Under the pieces are notes generated by a model. The model made no database searches and was not told the origin of the DNA. It saw only the letters and a program-made list of their open reading frames with translations. A DNA stretch of 61,662 bases, filler included, from Hausera hauseri (Eukaryota): the NCBI GenBank assembly GCA_046269625.1. It is 12 parts of 12 records of this genome, joined end to end, with 100 filler letters (N's around TTAATTAATTAA, not from the genome) between each part and the next. Parts side by side here need not be neighbours in the genome. Positions count along the whole stretch, not along the records: positions 1 to 5,338 come from JBJURY010275508.1; positions 5,439 to 12,717 come from JBJURY010025008.1; 10 more parts are not named here. One strand, written 5' to 3'. The position numbers and the translations under genes are program-made. Within the stretch, counting starts at the first letter, position 1, and every line of letters starts with the position of its first letter. Below, piece after piece: positions 1 to 11,519 of the stretch.

Positions 1-109
1 TTACCAAACCATGTCAACCATCTCACTAATTGATATGGGCTATACAAGTTGGAAGTTAATATTTTTTCTCTTTAAATATCGTTCTTGTTCATCATTGTTC
101 AAATCGGAT

Positions 110-2300
110 TAACCTTTTTAATTGAACCAATTCAGTGTTAGAAAGTGAAATTAAAAATGGAAAAAAAGTTGCAAATTGTGAATATATTATTAAGATGCTT
201 CAGTCGAATGTTTCACCGACTTTCTTAGACGATAACCCCGTGAAAATTCTTAATCTTTTGGATGAATGTAATGCTTTCGCATTTGAAAAAGCTTTATAAA
301 TGATATTATGTAATGTTAAATTATCAATTGCTGGAGTGAAGAATTTAAAGTCTGAAATAAAGGCGTTCATTGAAAATTGTTTTAAATCGTCCAGAGGATC
401 TTCAAGAAATTTATAGTGAAATTCTGCTAATATTTGCAGATAAATATCTCGCCGAAGTTGTTGACATTTTAGTTTCGTATTCAACGAATAATAAACCGAC
501 TATTGCTAATGGCGCTATTGAAACTTTGAAATTGTTCAGAAATTTAAAAATTTAACTATTAAAACAATTGCCACTGTTATTCCGACAATTCTTGAATCAA
601 GAGACAAACAAACTCGAGATATTGCAAAACGATTAGCCATTGAAATTAGGATGTTTCATGGTTATCAGAAAATAGGCTCGTTTCTAAAAGATTTAAAACC
701 TATACAGTTAAACGAAATTAAGACAGAATCGGAAAATCGTTTGACAAACCAACAGACGAAAGCTGCTGAAATCAATGATAGTAATCAAAATTATAATGAT
801 GGTGATGATGACATTGATCCCGTGGATTTTTTGAAGTTATTACCGAAATTAACAGACGAATTTTTCAAAAAATTAAATGGTTCCAGAAAAGACCGAAGAG
901 GCGTTGGAAGAAGTGGAAAATTTCGTCAAGGGACGACGACTCGTTCCTGGGAATTAAGGAGAATTTGTGAAGAGACTCCGTTACATTATCAACAAAGATT
1001 CCCAAATTAATTCGATTGTTCTTTCCCTGGAAATTCTGTGCAGTTTAGCTCTTGGATTGGGAAAAAGTTTTGCACCATTCACGGCATCTGTTTTCGAATG
1101 TTGTCTGGAAAAGTTCCGAGAGAAAAAAGCCCAGGTTTGAATACAAATCGAAAGTGCAACGATTTAGCCTTTAATCACTTCAATATTGACAATTTAATAA
1201 CGATCGTGTCGGAATCGCTAAAAACGAAAAATCCAACCATTCGATCGGAGTTGGCTCAGTTTTTAGTGCGTGTTTTAAAAGCCTCAAAAAGGAAATCGGC
1301 AGGTCAAAAGTTCGTTAAAAGTGTTATACCGTTGGCGAAGAACCTTTGCGGTGATGGCGATAAAGACGGCCGTGAACTGACGTTTCAGTTGATGGCGTGT
1401 TTCATCGAATTTGTCGGTAAGAAACCGATAATGGCATTTTTGGATTCCGTGGACAATTCGAAAATCCAACGAATCCAGTCGTTTTTGCCCGCAGCAAAGC
1501 CGGAAGCTACGTGTATTGTGATTAAGCAGGTGAATGTGACTGAACAGAAAGTTGCACCACAGAAGATCGAGAAAGTAAGGCCGGTAATAAAATCGACACC
1601 GTAGCACGTAAAATCCGTTCAAACCTGTCCACAGAATGATACCATGGACGAAAACTTTTGTGATGAGTTGCAGAGGGGTTTGTCCAGTAATCTTTGGAAA
1701 GATCGGCTGGCATCTATTGACCGACTAATGAGCTATTGTATGAAGATGACCATTAACAAAGCAATTCTACAATCAGCAATACGAGTCGTACTGACTAAAC
1801 CGAGCCTTAAAGATAGTAATACGGTCGTTGTGAAAAAAAAATTGGACCTGTTGCGATATCTGTTCGAGCAGTCCAATGGTCGAATATCGACAATTGTTGC
1901 CGATCCATGTGTCGTGGAATTGGTTGAAAAGGTCGGTTATGCAAAGATGTGAAGTTGCGCTCGAGAAGTATTCGATCTGCTGTTGCAGAAGTCTGTTGAT
2001 GAAAGTTTTTTGTAATGCGATCATTACACATGTGTGGTGAAAGTAAATCAGTTCGATCTTTGACCGAGACTCTGGATTGTATTAGTGTAGCGCAAAAGGA
2101 CGAGGAATTATATTTTCGAAAGAAGTCATTCCGATAATCAAGTTATTGCTGTCTTCGCCGAATCAAATGATAAAACAAAAAGCTATTTGCCTGATAGGGG
2201 CCATTTACAAAACAGCTGGTCATGATTTTCTAAGATATTTTGACACTGAAAAGGCTGGAACTATTGACTCGATTGAAAAAAAGTAATGAAAATTGATAAA
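110..2300 (+). pseudogene. CKAP5: XMAP215/ch-TOG family microtubule polymerase, TOG1 to about TOG3, disrupted; boundaries approximate
   Basis: Stitched frames read IPTILESRDKQTRDIAKRLAIEI (TOG1 end), DIDPVDFLKLLPK...EALEEVENF...LALGLGKSFAPF...LEKFREKK (TOG2), SLKTKNPTIRSE, DGDKDGRE and LSSNLWKDRLASI (TOG3 start). Several frameshifts and in-frame stops; no introns evident. Confidence 0.85.
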
Positions 2301-2769
2301 ATGATAGCAGAAGAAAAACAAGCCCACGATGAAAATATGAAAATAAACCAAGTACCCGTTGATAGAAAAGTTCCTTCTAGTTCTCCTGTTAAAAGAACTA
2401 TTTCAAATACAAATGAAACTAACAGGGCACAAAATAAACATGAAGAAATAATAAATCGTTTAAGTAACGTGAATAAAGACAGACATAGTTTTTATGAAAT
2501 TAAAGACGAAGCTCGCTATTTGGTATTGGAAATCTGTCAAAAACTTAAGAGTTGTATTGAACGTTACGGCAGAGCGGATTTGGAGAGAGAACTTGTTGAA
2601 ATATTTGGTCTTATAAAATCGATGGGCTATATGGATTCTGATCCATATGATAAGTGCCCATTGTTTAAGAATCGAATTGTTTAATCGCCATCAAAGTCCA
2701 TAATAAAGGGTGGAAGGTTTAAATTATACCGATGTAATAAATTATATATTCTTCCTTTTAAAGAAATAG

Positions 2770-3957
2770 TTATTTTGACCCCAACATGGTGCAGAGCACT
2801 AACCACGCTCTGCTACCATAAAATGGAAAATTTATATTGTAATGATATAATGAGTTACATAATTCTCCTTTTAAATAAATAGTTAGTCTAACCATCAACT
2901 CATTCCCCAACGTAAACTTTATTATCTTCCTCCTGGGCCCATTTAATTTCACTTTTAATATACACACACCTTTATTCTTCATTGAAAGATTTCGAATCGA
3001 ATAATAGTCTTTGATTTTAAAGTTCTCTACGGGATCATCTCTCTTTTTCATCAGAATACTATACACGCATGCATTCGTCTTACGATTACTTGCGTTTATT
3101 TCAGATTCGAATATCTTTGAGTCCGATTCAGGCTTTGTAAAATGCAATTTATAATTTTCTCCCAATACCCGAAATCCCCTAGACCCTTTATCAAATATAT
3201 AATTATATATAAAACTATTTAAATTAATTTCTTCAATTTTCGCAGCCATTGATAACGGAGTGCTGCTCTCCGGGGGATTATCTCCACCATTAATTCTGTA
3301 TCTGTAAACAAGCATTCTGAATTTATCATGCATACAATCATTCATTCTCATCACGCAAATCCCGGCAGGGTTCATCACACCAGAAAAACGAAAACAACCA
3401 ATAACGATACTATTTACACAACATTCAAATACCTTTTCAATATCATTGTTCTTTAACCCTGAGATTACTGGAGTTGACCACACCTTTTCAAAATGTTTTG
3501 AAATCATTTCAGGAACCTTTCCACCAAGTTTAAGCCAATATAGATGTCGATAATTAATCCGTCTTGGTACCATAATTTTTTGATGGTCAGACTTAGCGTT
3601 AATGAATTGCTTATATCCTTCTATCAGTTTGGCAATCTGTAAGCAATCTAGAACGTTTAATAACTCATGATTCTTTTGGATGAATTCTTCTAATTGGAAA
3701 GAATGTATTTGTTTTTGTAAATAAGACGATTGGGACAGTTTTGATCGTCTATATTTCTGAGGTCTCTTGGCCTGAGTTTTGCATCTTTTTTGTGAGGGAC
3801 CAGAGGCATGGCCCTCAAATTTACCTGCATCTACTGATGCCTTATTTTCCATAAAATTTTGTGTCTTTTCCATGAAAATCCGATTGTCTGTTTTTTTCTG
3901 TAAGAGGACTATTTGATCAGACGTTATATTTTCAAAATTCATAATATTTCCATACAA
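2770..3957 (-). CDS. Hypothetical protein, 395 aa, uninterrupted ORF, no recognised family
   Basis: Longest open frame in the window, in very AT-rich DNA. It has a basic NLS-like stretch (KRCKTQAKRPQKYRR) but no motif I recognise. Confidence 0.55.
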   Translation of the reverse strand: MYGNIMNFENITSDQIVLLQKKTDNRIFMEKTQNFMENKASVDAGKFEGHASGPSQKRCKTQAKRPQKYRRSKLSQSSYLQKQIHSFQLEEFIQKNHELLNVLDCLQIAKLIEGYKQFINAKSDHQKIMVPRRINYRHLYWLKLGGKVPEMISKHFEKVWSTPVISGLKNNDIEKVFECCVNSIVIGCFRFSGVMNPAGICVMRMNDCMHDKFRMLVYRYRINGGDNPPESSTPLSMAAKIEEINLNSFIYNYIFDKGSRGFRVLGENYKLHFTKPESDSKIFESEINASNRKTNACVYSILMKKRDDPVENFKIKDYYSIRNLSMKNKGVCILKVKLNGPRRKIIKFTLGNELMVRLTIYLKGELCNSLYHYNINFPFYGSRAWLVLCTMLGSK

Positions 3958-4438
3958 ATCCTAAATCAATTTCCGATTCAATTTAATGTAAACTTGTTTA
4001 TTTAATTAGCCTTCTTGATCGGCATTATAAAATACTAAATGTTCTTAAATTTCACACGTATCCACCATTTTTTTCGATGTATCAATGTATGTAGTTTCTA
4101 TACATCATTAAATTTTGTGGCATTACTTTAGTAGTAATTTGTTCTTTCCTTTATGATTCTTATTATTTTGTTAACAATTGATCAATAAAAAATAATCCTT
4201 AAATTCAACGCCGTACAAAATTTTGAATAATTCTAGTACAGGCAACATTGCAAAAACCAAAACATACGTAAGATACACTGCTAAAACAAAACTCTTATTA
4301 GCTATCAATAAATGACGGTATAGTTTTAATATGAAGTTTTACTTCTTGCAAGTAAATCAATGTGCATAAATCATAACAAACAGCTATGTAGAACATCAAA
4401 TAAATTCAACAGCCGCACTAATGACATGAAGTTTAAAA

Positions 4439-5160
4439 TCATTCACCTTCCTCGCTTTCTTCGTCTGCTTCTTTCAACCATTCAATCATTTTGACGCACC
4501 GATCCATAATGTTCTTAGAAACAACAAATGATACATTTGTTGAAGTCGGCCCTTTATTGTACCACTTCAAAATAGTATCTTCTTCGATAATATCATTGAC
4601 ATATAATTCATTCAAAAAATGGCACGACTTTTCCATTATATTAAGTGATTCAATCAATTTTTCCATGCCAAGAATACAATATTCCTGAATTTTAATCTTA
4701 TTTGGTCCACGTCTCGTAAAATATTGAAATACAGTTTATAGCGTTGTACATCTTCTAAAACAGTGTCTCGGTTACAAAAAACTACTTCCATCAAAATAAT
4801 AACAAAGCTTGGACCAAGAGAATGTTCATTCAACTTCTTCTCAATGGACTGTCGCTGGCAAATAATTTCTCTTTTATTAAATAACCTTTCAACGAACTCA
4901 CGAAATTCAATTGCCTTTTGTTTTTCCAAAGACAACATTCTATCGTCAAGTGATAAGCTACCTATTAGCGTGTCATTTTCCTCCTGTTCCTGTGATACAT
5001 TTACTTTTCCTTCAAACACTGCTTCATTATCTTCAACTGCGTTATTCTGTTCTACATAAGCTCCTTCAGCTTCGGTATCTGGTGGATTCTTAACAATATA
5101 TTGGGTTAATCGATGAGTAGCGTCAATTTGATCTGAATGACCACAAGCCCTGCATTTAAA
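4439..5160 (-). pseudogene. EIF5: Eukaryotic translation initiation factor 5, 5'-truncated and frameshifted
   Basis: CRACGHSDQIDATHRLTQYIVKNPP (second Zn pair of the eIF5 N-terminal domain) at about 5160-5080. W2 domain end LNELYVNDIIEEDTILKWY...MIEWLKEADEESEEGE. Frameshift near 4670. Confidence 0.88.
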
Positions 5161-5338
5161 TTATTATAAAACTTGTAATCTTTGTTATAGTTTGAGTGAT
5201 TGATTAGGGCCAACCGGAACATAACATAGTCGAGTAATTTTATCCGTTCTTTGTTCCATTAGTCCTTGTGAAACTGATGGTTTTCCGCTTGTTCATCTAA
5301 TCGGATTTCCAGTGTTTTTATCTTGTTTGACTTTTCTT

Positions 5339-5438
5339 NNNNNNNNNNNNNNNNNNNNNNNNNNNNNNNNNNNNNNNNNNNNTTAATTAATTAANNNNNN
5401 NNNNNNNNNNNNNNNNNNNNNNNNNNNNNNNNNNNNNN
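5339..5438. other. Artificial contig-joining spacer (44 N + TTAATTAATTAA + 44 N); first of 11
   Basis: The same 100-bp spacer recurs at 12718-12817, 17049-17148, 21456-21555, 25913-26012, 30088-30187, 36267-36366, 41315-41414, 46967-47066, 51447-51546 and 57042-57141. TTAATTAATTAA is palindromic and gives stops in all six frames. Adjacency across spacers is not biological. Confidence 0.98.
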
Positions 5439-5584
5439 GGGCTTGCGCCATTGTAAATAAATTGAATGGGTGTCACATTTGATATCCTGAAATAAATATT
5501 TTCTACGTTGGAATTATCATAAATAATATCATTCAATTTAACTTTGGTTATTGTCAACTTGGTAACCCCATTCTTGGTCATCAA

Positions 5585-5700
5585 TTCATTTTCAAAGAGG
5601 CAAATCGGGACCCGCCTATGTGTCCGACTCGCCGGCAGCGGAAAACCCAGCCGTGCCCAACCGAAAGGGTCGGAGGGTAATAGTTGGCGCTAACATTACA
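5585..5700 (-). repeat. Start of the 3' LTR of the Gypsy copy at 5701-10895 (diverged member of the TGTGG terminus family)
   Basis: Minus strand reads gccacgggttga|TGTAATG...GGTTGGGCACGGCTGGG...GTCGGACACATAGGCGGGTCCCGAT, similar to the termini at 22716, 26932 and 52672. It lies directly after the integrase 3' UTR. Confidence 0.7.
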
Positions 5701-8700
5701 TCAACCCGTGGCAAAGTTAGAACTATAAAGGATAAAAGAAAGAGAAAAGAACGCAAAACGAAAAGTGTGTGTGTGTTAGCTGAGCTTAGTGTGTATAAGG
5801 CGTTGAATACCTTTGATTGATTTTTCCCTACTATATTGGCTGAATGTGACTCTGTGTGTTGTGTGTTTGTGCATTGCTTATTTGCAGAGATTGAGGTTGG
5901 GGGAAAATATTTGTAGATTTTGGTGTAGGTGTTGTGTCGTGCCTAGATTAAGAAGAAAATGAAGAAGATGAAGAAGGATGTGAAGAAAGAAGAGTGATTC
6001 TTAACGAAGGATGGTTAAAGGTATTGGAAAGAGTGCTAGAAGACGAAGGACTGATGGAAGGTGTAGTGGTGGATAAAGGAAGAAAAGAAAAAGTTGGAGT
6101 AGAGATGGGAATTGTGTTAAGTGAAAGAGTGGAGGAGGAAGATAATATAGAAGGAGTAGTAGCGATAGGAAGAGTGGTAGGGATAAAAGAAGAAAGTATA
6201 GAAAATGATGAAGCAAGACTAAGCGCAGAAGAGGGAAGTGGAAGTGGTATAGTAATAGATGTAGGGATAGCAAGGAGTGGAGGAGTAAGAAAAGAAGTTA
6301 GCGTATCAGGCGGTAAGGTGTCGTCGACAAAGAAAGCTGGCTTTAGGTTGGTAATGTGTACTGTGAAGTCTTTACCGTCTTGGGAGATGATGGCGTTATG
6401 CGAGAGAAGCTGTATCAGTTTATAGGGCCCCAGGTAGCGAGGCTGGAAACCGCAAGGAGCCTGATTCTTCAGCCATACAAATTTAGCCGCATACAAATCT
6501 TCAGGTAGGTATGTTTTATCTTTGTGAAGTATCCTGCAGAATGAGTCTTTACTGACTTCGACGAAGTGATTTTGCGCCGCCCCTATCGTCTCATCCATGA
6601 GAGTGTCATCTAGGGCGGTTAGTTCAAATAATGAGCGAACAGGAGCTCTGAATAAGGCTTCAATAGGTGAGCATCCTGTTGAAGTGGACGGAGTGTTCCG
6701 CCAGCCGAGCAGAACTAAAGGAAGAAGATTGGTCCAACTACTGTTGGCCTCTGCAAGAATACTTAGTGCCGTTTTCAATGTTCGGTAGAAACGTTCTAGA
6801 AGGCCATTCGATTGGGGATGATAATGTGTAGTATGGATGTGGTGGATCCCCAATCGGTTAACAAGGGATTTGAACAGGTTGGATTCAACCTGTGGACTCT
6901 GGTCAATGATAATGAAGCAAGTGATCCAAACTTGCTAATCCATGTGCGGATGAAAACGTTAGCTATGGTGTCGGTGTTTCTGCTCCGCAGAGGGATGGCT
7001 TCTGGCCATCGCGAGGAACGGTCCATCATGGTGAGGGTGAATTGACGACTGTTGTCTGAAGGAAGAGGGCTAACGATGTCGATATACATGGACTCGAAAC
7101 GCGATGTGCAGGGAAAGTGGAATAGTGGTGGCTTTATATGTTTAGTTGTTTTGTATTTTGGCATGCCACACACTCCTTAACCTATGCCTGCACATCAGAA
7201 CGCATTGACGGCCATATTACTTGTCGATGGAGGCGACGAAAAGTTGCTTTAGCACCATGATGGTGTAATGAAAGCACGTGGTGAAATGCTTGCTTTGCAA
7301 TGAAGGTGCTAGAATTATTACTGAATGGCCAGGTTTGGAGGTGTCTAAAGCCACGCCATCAACGATTATGCAAGATTTAAAAGACTTAAGCATGTCTTGA
7401 GGTAGATGGTTCTGTTGAAGTTGTTCCTGCGTAAAAGTAGGAAAAAAACTAATCGAACTAACCGACCTAGATAAAAAATCTGCAACTAAATTGTTAACTC
7501 CGTTGATATGTTTAATATCGAAGTTAAATGTTGACAAGTATGATATTTGCCGTTCTTGGCGTGTGGAAGGGTGTTTCGTGGCCATGATGTTAAGTAAGGG
7601 TTTGTGATCGGTTTGTAGAGTGAAATGACAAGCGACAAGTAGATGTGAGAAGTGCTTTAAAATGAGAACTATGGCCAATAGTTCGCGATCGAATGTGGAA
7701 TAGCTGGTTTCAGGTGCGGTTAATTTGCGAGAGAAAAATTCTAATGGCTGGTTTTCTCCCTTGTAGATTTAGTGGAGTACAGCGCCTACATCAGTGGTTG
7801 AAGCGAATGTAGTGCAAAGGAGTTCTGCATCAGGCTAAGGAAGAGCAAGAATATGTACAGTTTTGATGCCTTCGCGTAGCTTGTCGAATTTGTCAACCAA
7901 ATCAGGTGTTTACTGGATTGGTTGATGTTTTTTGCCTCCATTTAGGTGTGCGAATGGTGCTGTCAATTCCGATCAATATAGTACATATTTATGTACAAAG
8001 TGGAGTGTGCCGAGGAAGCTACGCAACAGGATGTTCTTAAGAGCTTCAACTCGGTCGGATTGGGGAGAATGACCGTCTGGTGTGATAAAGTGGCCGAAAA
8101 AGTTAATACACTTTTTGAAAAATTGGAATTTGTCAAAATTGATTTGTAGATTATGATGGTTAAGACGTTGGAATATTGCACGAAGATGTTCCTCGTGTTG
8201 TTCGGTCGAAGATGAGACGACTAGAATATTGTCGATATAATGGTGTGCAAACGAGAAATCTGCAAGAACTGAATCAATGTGGCGCTGAAAAGTTTGTGCG
8301 ACATTCCGCGACCGAATGGCATAAATAGATATTCATAGAGGCCAAAAGGTGTAGTTACTGCGGTTTTTTAATGTCTTCAGGTGATACTGGTATTTAATGG
8401 TATGCTTTAGCTAGATCAATGATGGAATAAATGGTGTTGAATTAAGGTGATGCAAGATGTCCTTGATGAGTGGTAAAGGATATGCGTCCATGATGGTCAG
8501 ATTGTTTATCTGTCGGTAGTCACCGCATGGTCTAAAAGTACCATCCTTTTTTGTACCACGTGTAACGGTGATGACCAAGGCGATTTAAAACGGCGTATGA
8601 TGCAAGAACGTTCTAGCTCACAAAATTGGACTTCTACGGCCTGTCTACGGCGAGGCGACAGAAGCCGTACTTTTTGTCGTATTAGACGTTGGTGCTGTGT

Positions 8701-10895
8701 GACTATATGGTGTAAAATGTAGTTGGCGAGAGTAAAAATACAATATTTTTTAAGTACGCGTGGGCATAATGTGTTGATGAATTGTTGTAACGTCGCAGTT
8801 AGCTGTGAGAGATTTGATGAAAGTGATGAAACGGTTTGAGTGGTAGCGGATACAATGTGTGAGTTATTAGGTGATGTGCAGTCAAGTGGTATTCGGTGCA
8901 AGGCTGTTGAGTTGAAAATGGTGTTGGCTGAGGTATTTTCGTCGAGTGAGGTAGCGATGGTGGCAGTGCCACAATTATCGACATTAAACCTCGATCGAAT
9001 GCCAGTATTAGTATTTAAAATTTACGGATAGAATAATCGTTATAAAATATCAAATTATTCGCAGACTTTTTTAAGATAAGCTTCCGCATTCCGGTCGACT
9101 GCGCGGTAGTCCAAATGCTATTTACATGCTCAGAAATGCGGCCAGTGGTGCCGTTCCTGAGACATTGTTGGCTGCAGTCAACTAGTAGATTATAATGTGA
9201 AAGAAAATCAGATCCTAGAATTGCCGACTGGACGTTAGCGTCTGTAAACGTCCAGTAGAAGGACGAAAGAAAATTCGGCACAGTGAAAGATAATGTAGTC
9301 GTATCAGAAATGTGCAGCAGTTGGCCTGAAGCAGTATATAAAGGCTTAAGTTTGAATAAAGAATTTTGTGTACGAAAGGTTTGCGGTTATAAAGAAATCG
9401 TTGGACCTGTGTCAATAAGAAAGCCGACAGATTGCGTAGTAGGAGCAGCGATTGCAGCCTTTAAAGTGAAAACAGCAAAGGAGACATGTCAGCGTTCAGA
9501 ATGTGAAGGAGTGCCTTTTCCACAGTTTGCCGTAACTTCTGTCGGCGAACTTAGTTTTTTTGAAAAGGTGAATTATGACGACTATTACAAGGAAAGGCAG
9601 TACGTCCGTCATTTGTGTTGGATTTGAAAGTGCAGCCTGAAAGACATTTACAAGCTTGAGTTTTGAACCTTGCATGGTACATGCAGACAACGGTGTCCAA
9701 GGAAAACTTTTGATTTAAAACTTGCATCCAAGGCAGCACTTCTAAGCATTAGTGTTAAATCTGCTGTGGTCATAGCAGATTGACGCACGCATGGGCGATG
9801 GTGAGCGGTTTCTTGACGTAAAACAGGCGCGGTCAGCGGCAAAACCCCCTCGTCGGGACAAAGACAATTCATTTAATTTATTGTTGATGTTGTTGATAGT
9901 TGCCTGCAATGTCATATTTTCAGCACGTATCTGATTAAGCTGCTGTTCTGTAGACGAGTTAGTTGTTTGAATGTTGTTCGCGGCAACTGCTGCTAACACT
10001 ACTGGTTGAGAATTTATGTGTAGGACATCATATATCCTATCGGCCAATTCGGCCAATTTATCAAGCGGCGTGGAGTCTCCCACCACAGTAAGAAGGGTCC
10101 AGATGTGGATAGGTAGGGCGTTCAGAAAATAATGGAGTCGAAGATCAGGGTTATGCTCCTTAGTGACGCCAAGAGTACGCAAGTGTGCTAATGAGGTGCG
10201 TAAGAAGTCACTGGAATGTTGTGTGCCCAGTGCATTTTCGTTAATGAAATGCTGCATTATGGAGTCGACTGAAGGTTCGGTCTGTTTTACGACAGCGTCA
10301 AATAATTGGGTATAAGGGTCAGAATGTTGGAAGATGTCTAGCAAGTTATGTATGGAGGCTTTTATGGAGTTTGGGAGAAGATAGAGTAAGATGTGGGCTT
10401 TAGATAAGGAGTCTGTGATACCATTAGACTGTAGCCAGAGTTGATGAAAGTGAATCCACGTTTTACTGGACTTTTTATTATCTATAAAGTATTCAGTGCA
10501 GTGTGGAGTATTGGTAGGATTTTTATGGGGATTTGCATCGACTGAAGAAAGTAGAGGGTTTGGTTTGAAGTAAGAGAGAATGGGTATTGGCTTTTTGTGG
10601 TGGTTGTATCCGTGGTGTCAATAGTTGGTGGGGAGTTCATTCCACCACGGATACGGAAATGTATACTGAAGTAAGCGTGATTTGAAAAAGGAGGTAAAGT
10701 CTTGTTGAGATGTATGATGGTACCGTGATTGCTAAGATAGAAGTCAGAAGAACCAAGGATAGAAGAAAGGTGGGTCTGAAGGATGGGGATATACGGGTGT
10801 GATGTATGAAGGGTATATATGTGAATGTTATTATAAAAGAAGAGAATGGAGGTAACGGCAGTGGTGGGCCCGGGGGCGTGATTTAAGGCCGACAT
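5701..10895 (-). mobile_element. Ty3/Gypsy LTR retrotransposon internal region (UBL-gag, PR, RT, RNase H, IN), degenerate
   Basis: Gag (HYFLNALP...LDKLAELADRIY, two C-x2-H knuckles); protease (IDTG near 9410, SAILGSDFL); RT ([17 protein letters not shown]); RNase H (YSTFDRELLA, TDHKPL, NLVADFLSR); integrase (DIVSPLP, SRWPEAIPL, YHPQSNGLLERF). PR-RT-RH-IN order. Many stops and frameshifts. Confidence 0.95.
10641..10895 (-). CDS. Ubiquitin-like N-terminal domain of Gag (85 aa, ends RIRGG)
   Basis: MSAL...SILFFYNNIHIYTL...DFYLSNHGTII...YFSIHFRIRGG|MNSPP. C-terminus resembles ubiquitin LRLRGG. Equivalent domains occur in three other copies. Confidence 0.75.
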
Positions 10896-10999
10896 CGAAG
10901 GCGCAGGGTTTGCGGTCGGAACCTCCGCCTTGAGGTGGCGGGCAGAAAAATGCTGGTGGGCGGAATTTCCCTTCAGAAATTTAGCATAGACTGTTGATA

Positions 11000-11330
11000 T
11001 GACATTCAATAAGAACAAATTACTAACGCCATACGGTCGTGGGGATATCGATTTGAGAATCTTCTGCTGCTGCAAAAAGAAATCGTCCTGATTACCAATA
11101 CTGATGGTCGTTGAAGTGGATGGTATTGATGACACAATTGGTGCACCGATTTGTTGACCGGCACCAAACCCACCGAATGTCGACGATGTCTGTGCACCGA
11201 ATCCGTAGCATGTTGTTGATGAATAGTCGAATAATTCTGGTTTATTCGTCGCATTGCCGAATAAGTTCAATGTGGTATCAAGCGTTATATGTTGTGGCTT
11301 CTGTTGGTTAACAAACAAACTACCTTGTTG
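11000..11330 (-). pseudogene. NUP98: Nup98-like FG-nucleoporin fragment
   Basis: GSLF, NLFGNATNKP, GFGAQTSSTFGGFGAGQQ followed by LQQQKILKSISPRPYGVSNLF, which resembles the Nup98 post-FG motif LQQ...SPFGDSPLF. Confidence 0.65.
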
Positions 11331-11519
11331 AGGAAACACTCTGACACTCTGTGTCGTTGCTGGAGTCACACCAAAGCTGCTATGTGCAGGAAAAACGCTT
11401 GGCTTCGATGTGACTAATTTTTTATCTTCGTCGATTTTCACGGTCCACTTTGAAATGTGCGAATTTAAATCACTGATGAGCAGATGCTGACTGCTAAATA
11501 TGGAGTCGAACTACTACTA

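Noticed and set aside
110-2300. Alternative genetic code or micro-introns explaining the broken host genes
   Set aside because: Disruptions include all three stop codons plus small frameshifts without consistent GT-AG boundaries, and they affect TE genes equally; decay or sequence error is simpler.
3280-3310. YRYRINGG in the 395-aa orphan as another UBL terminus
   Set aside because: The preceding residues show no convincing ubiquitin pattern and there is no second copy; likely chance.
5383-5394. TTAATTAATTAA repeated 11 times at 4-7 kb spacing
   Set aside because: Always centred in exactly 44+44 Ns; a synthetic linker, not a biological repeat or piggyBac TTAA site.
5994-6425. Antisense and alternative-frame ORFs over the integrase tails (also 21717-22380)
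   Set aside because: Low-complexity pyrimidine-rich DNA lacks stops by composition; these are shadow ORFs.
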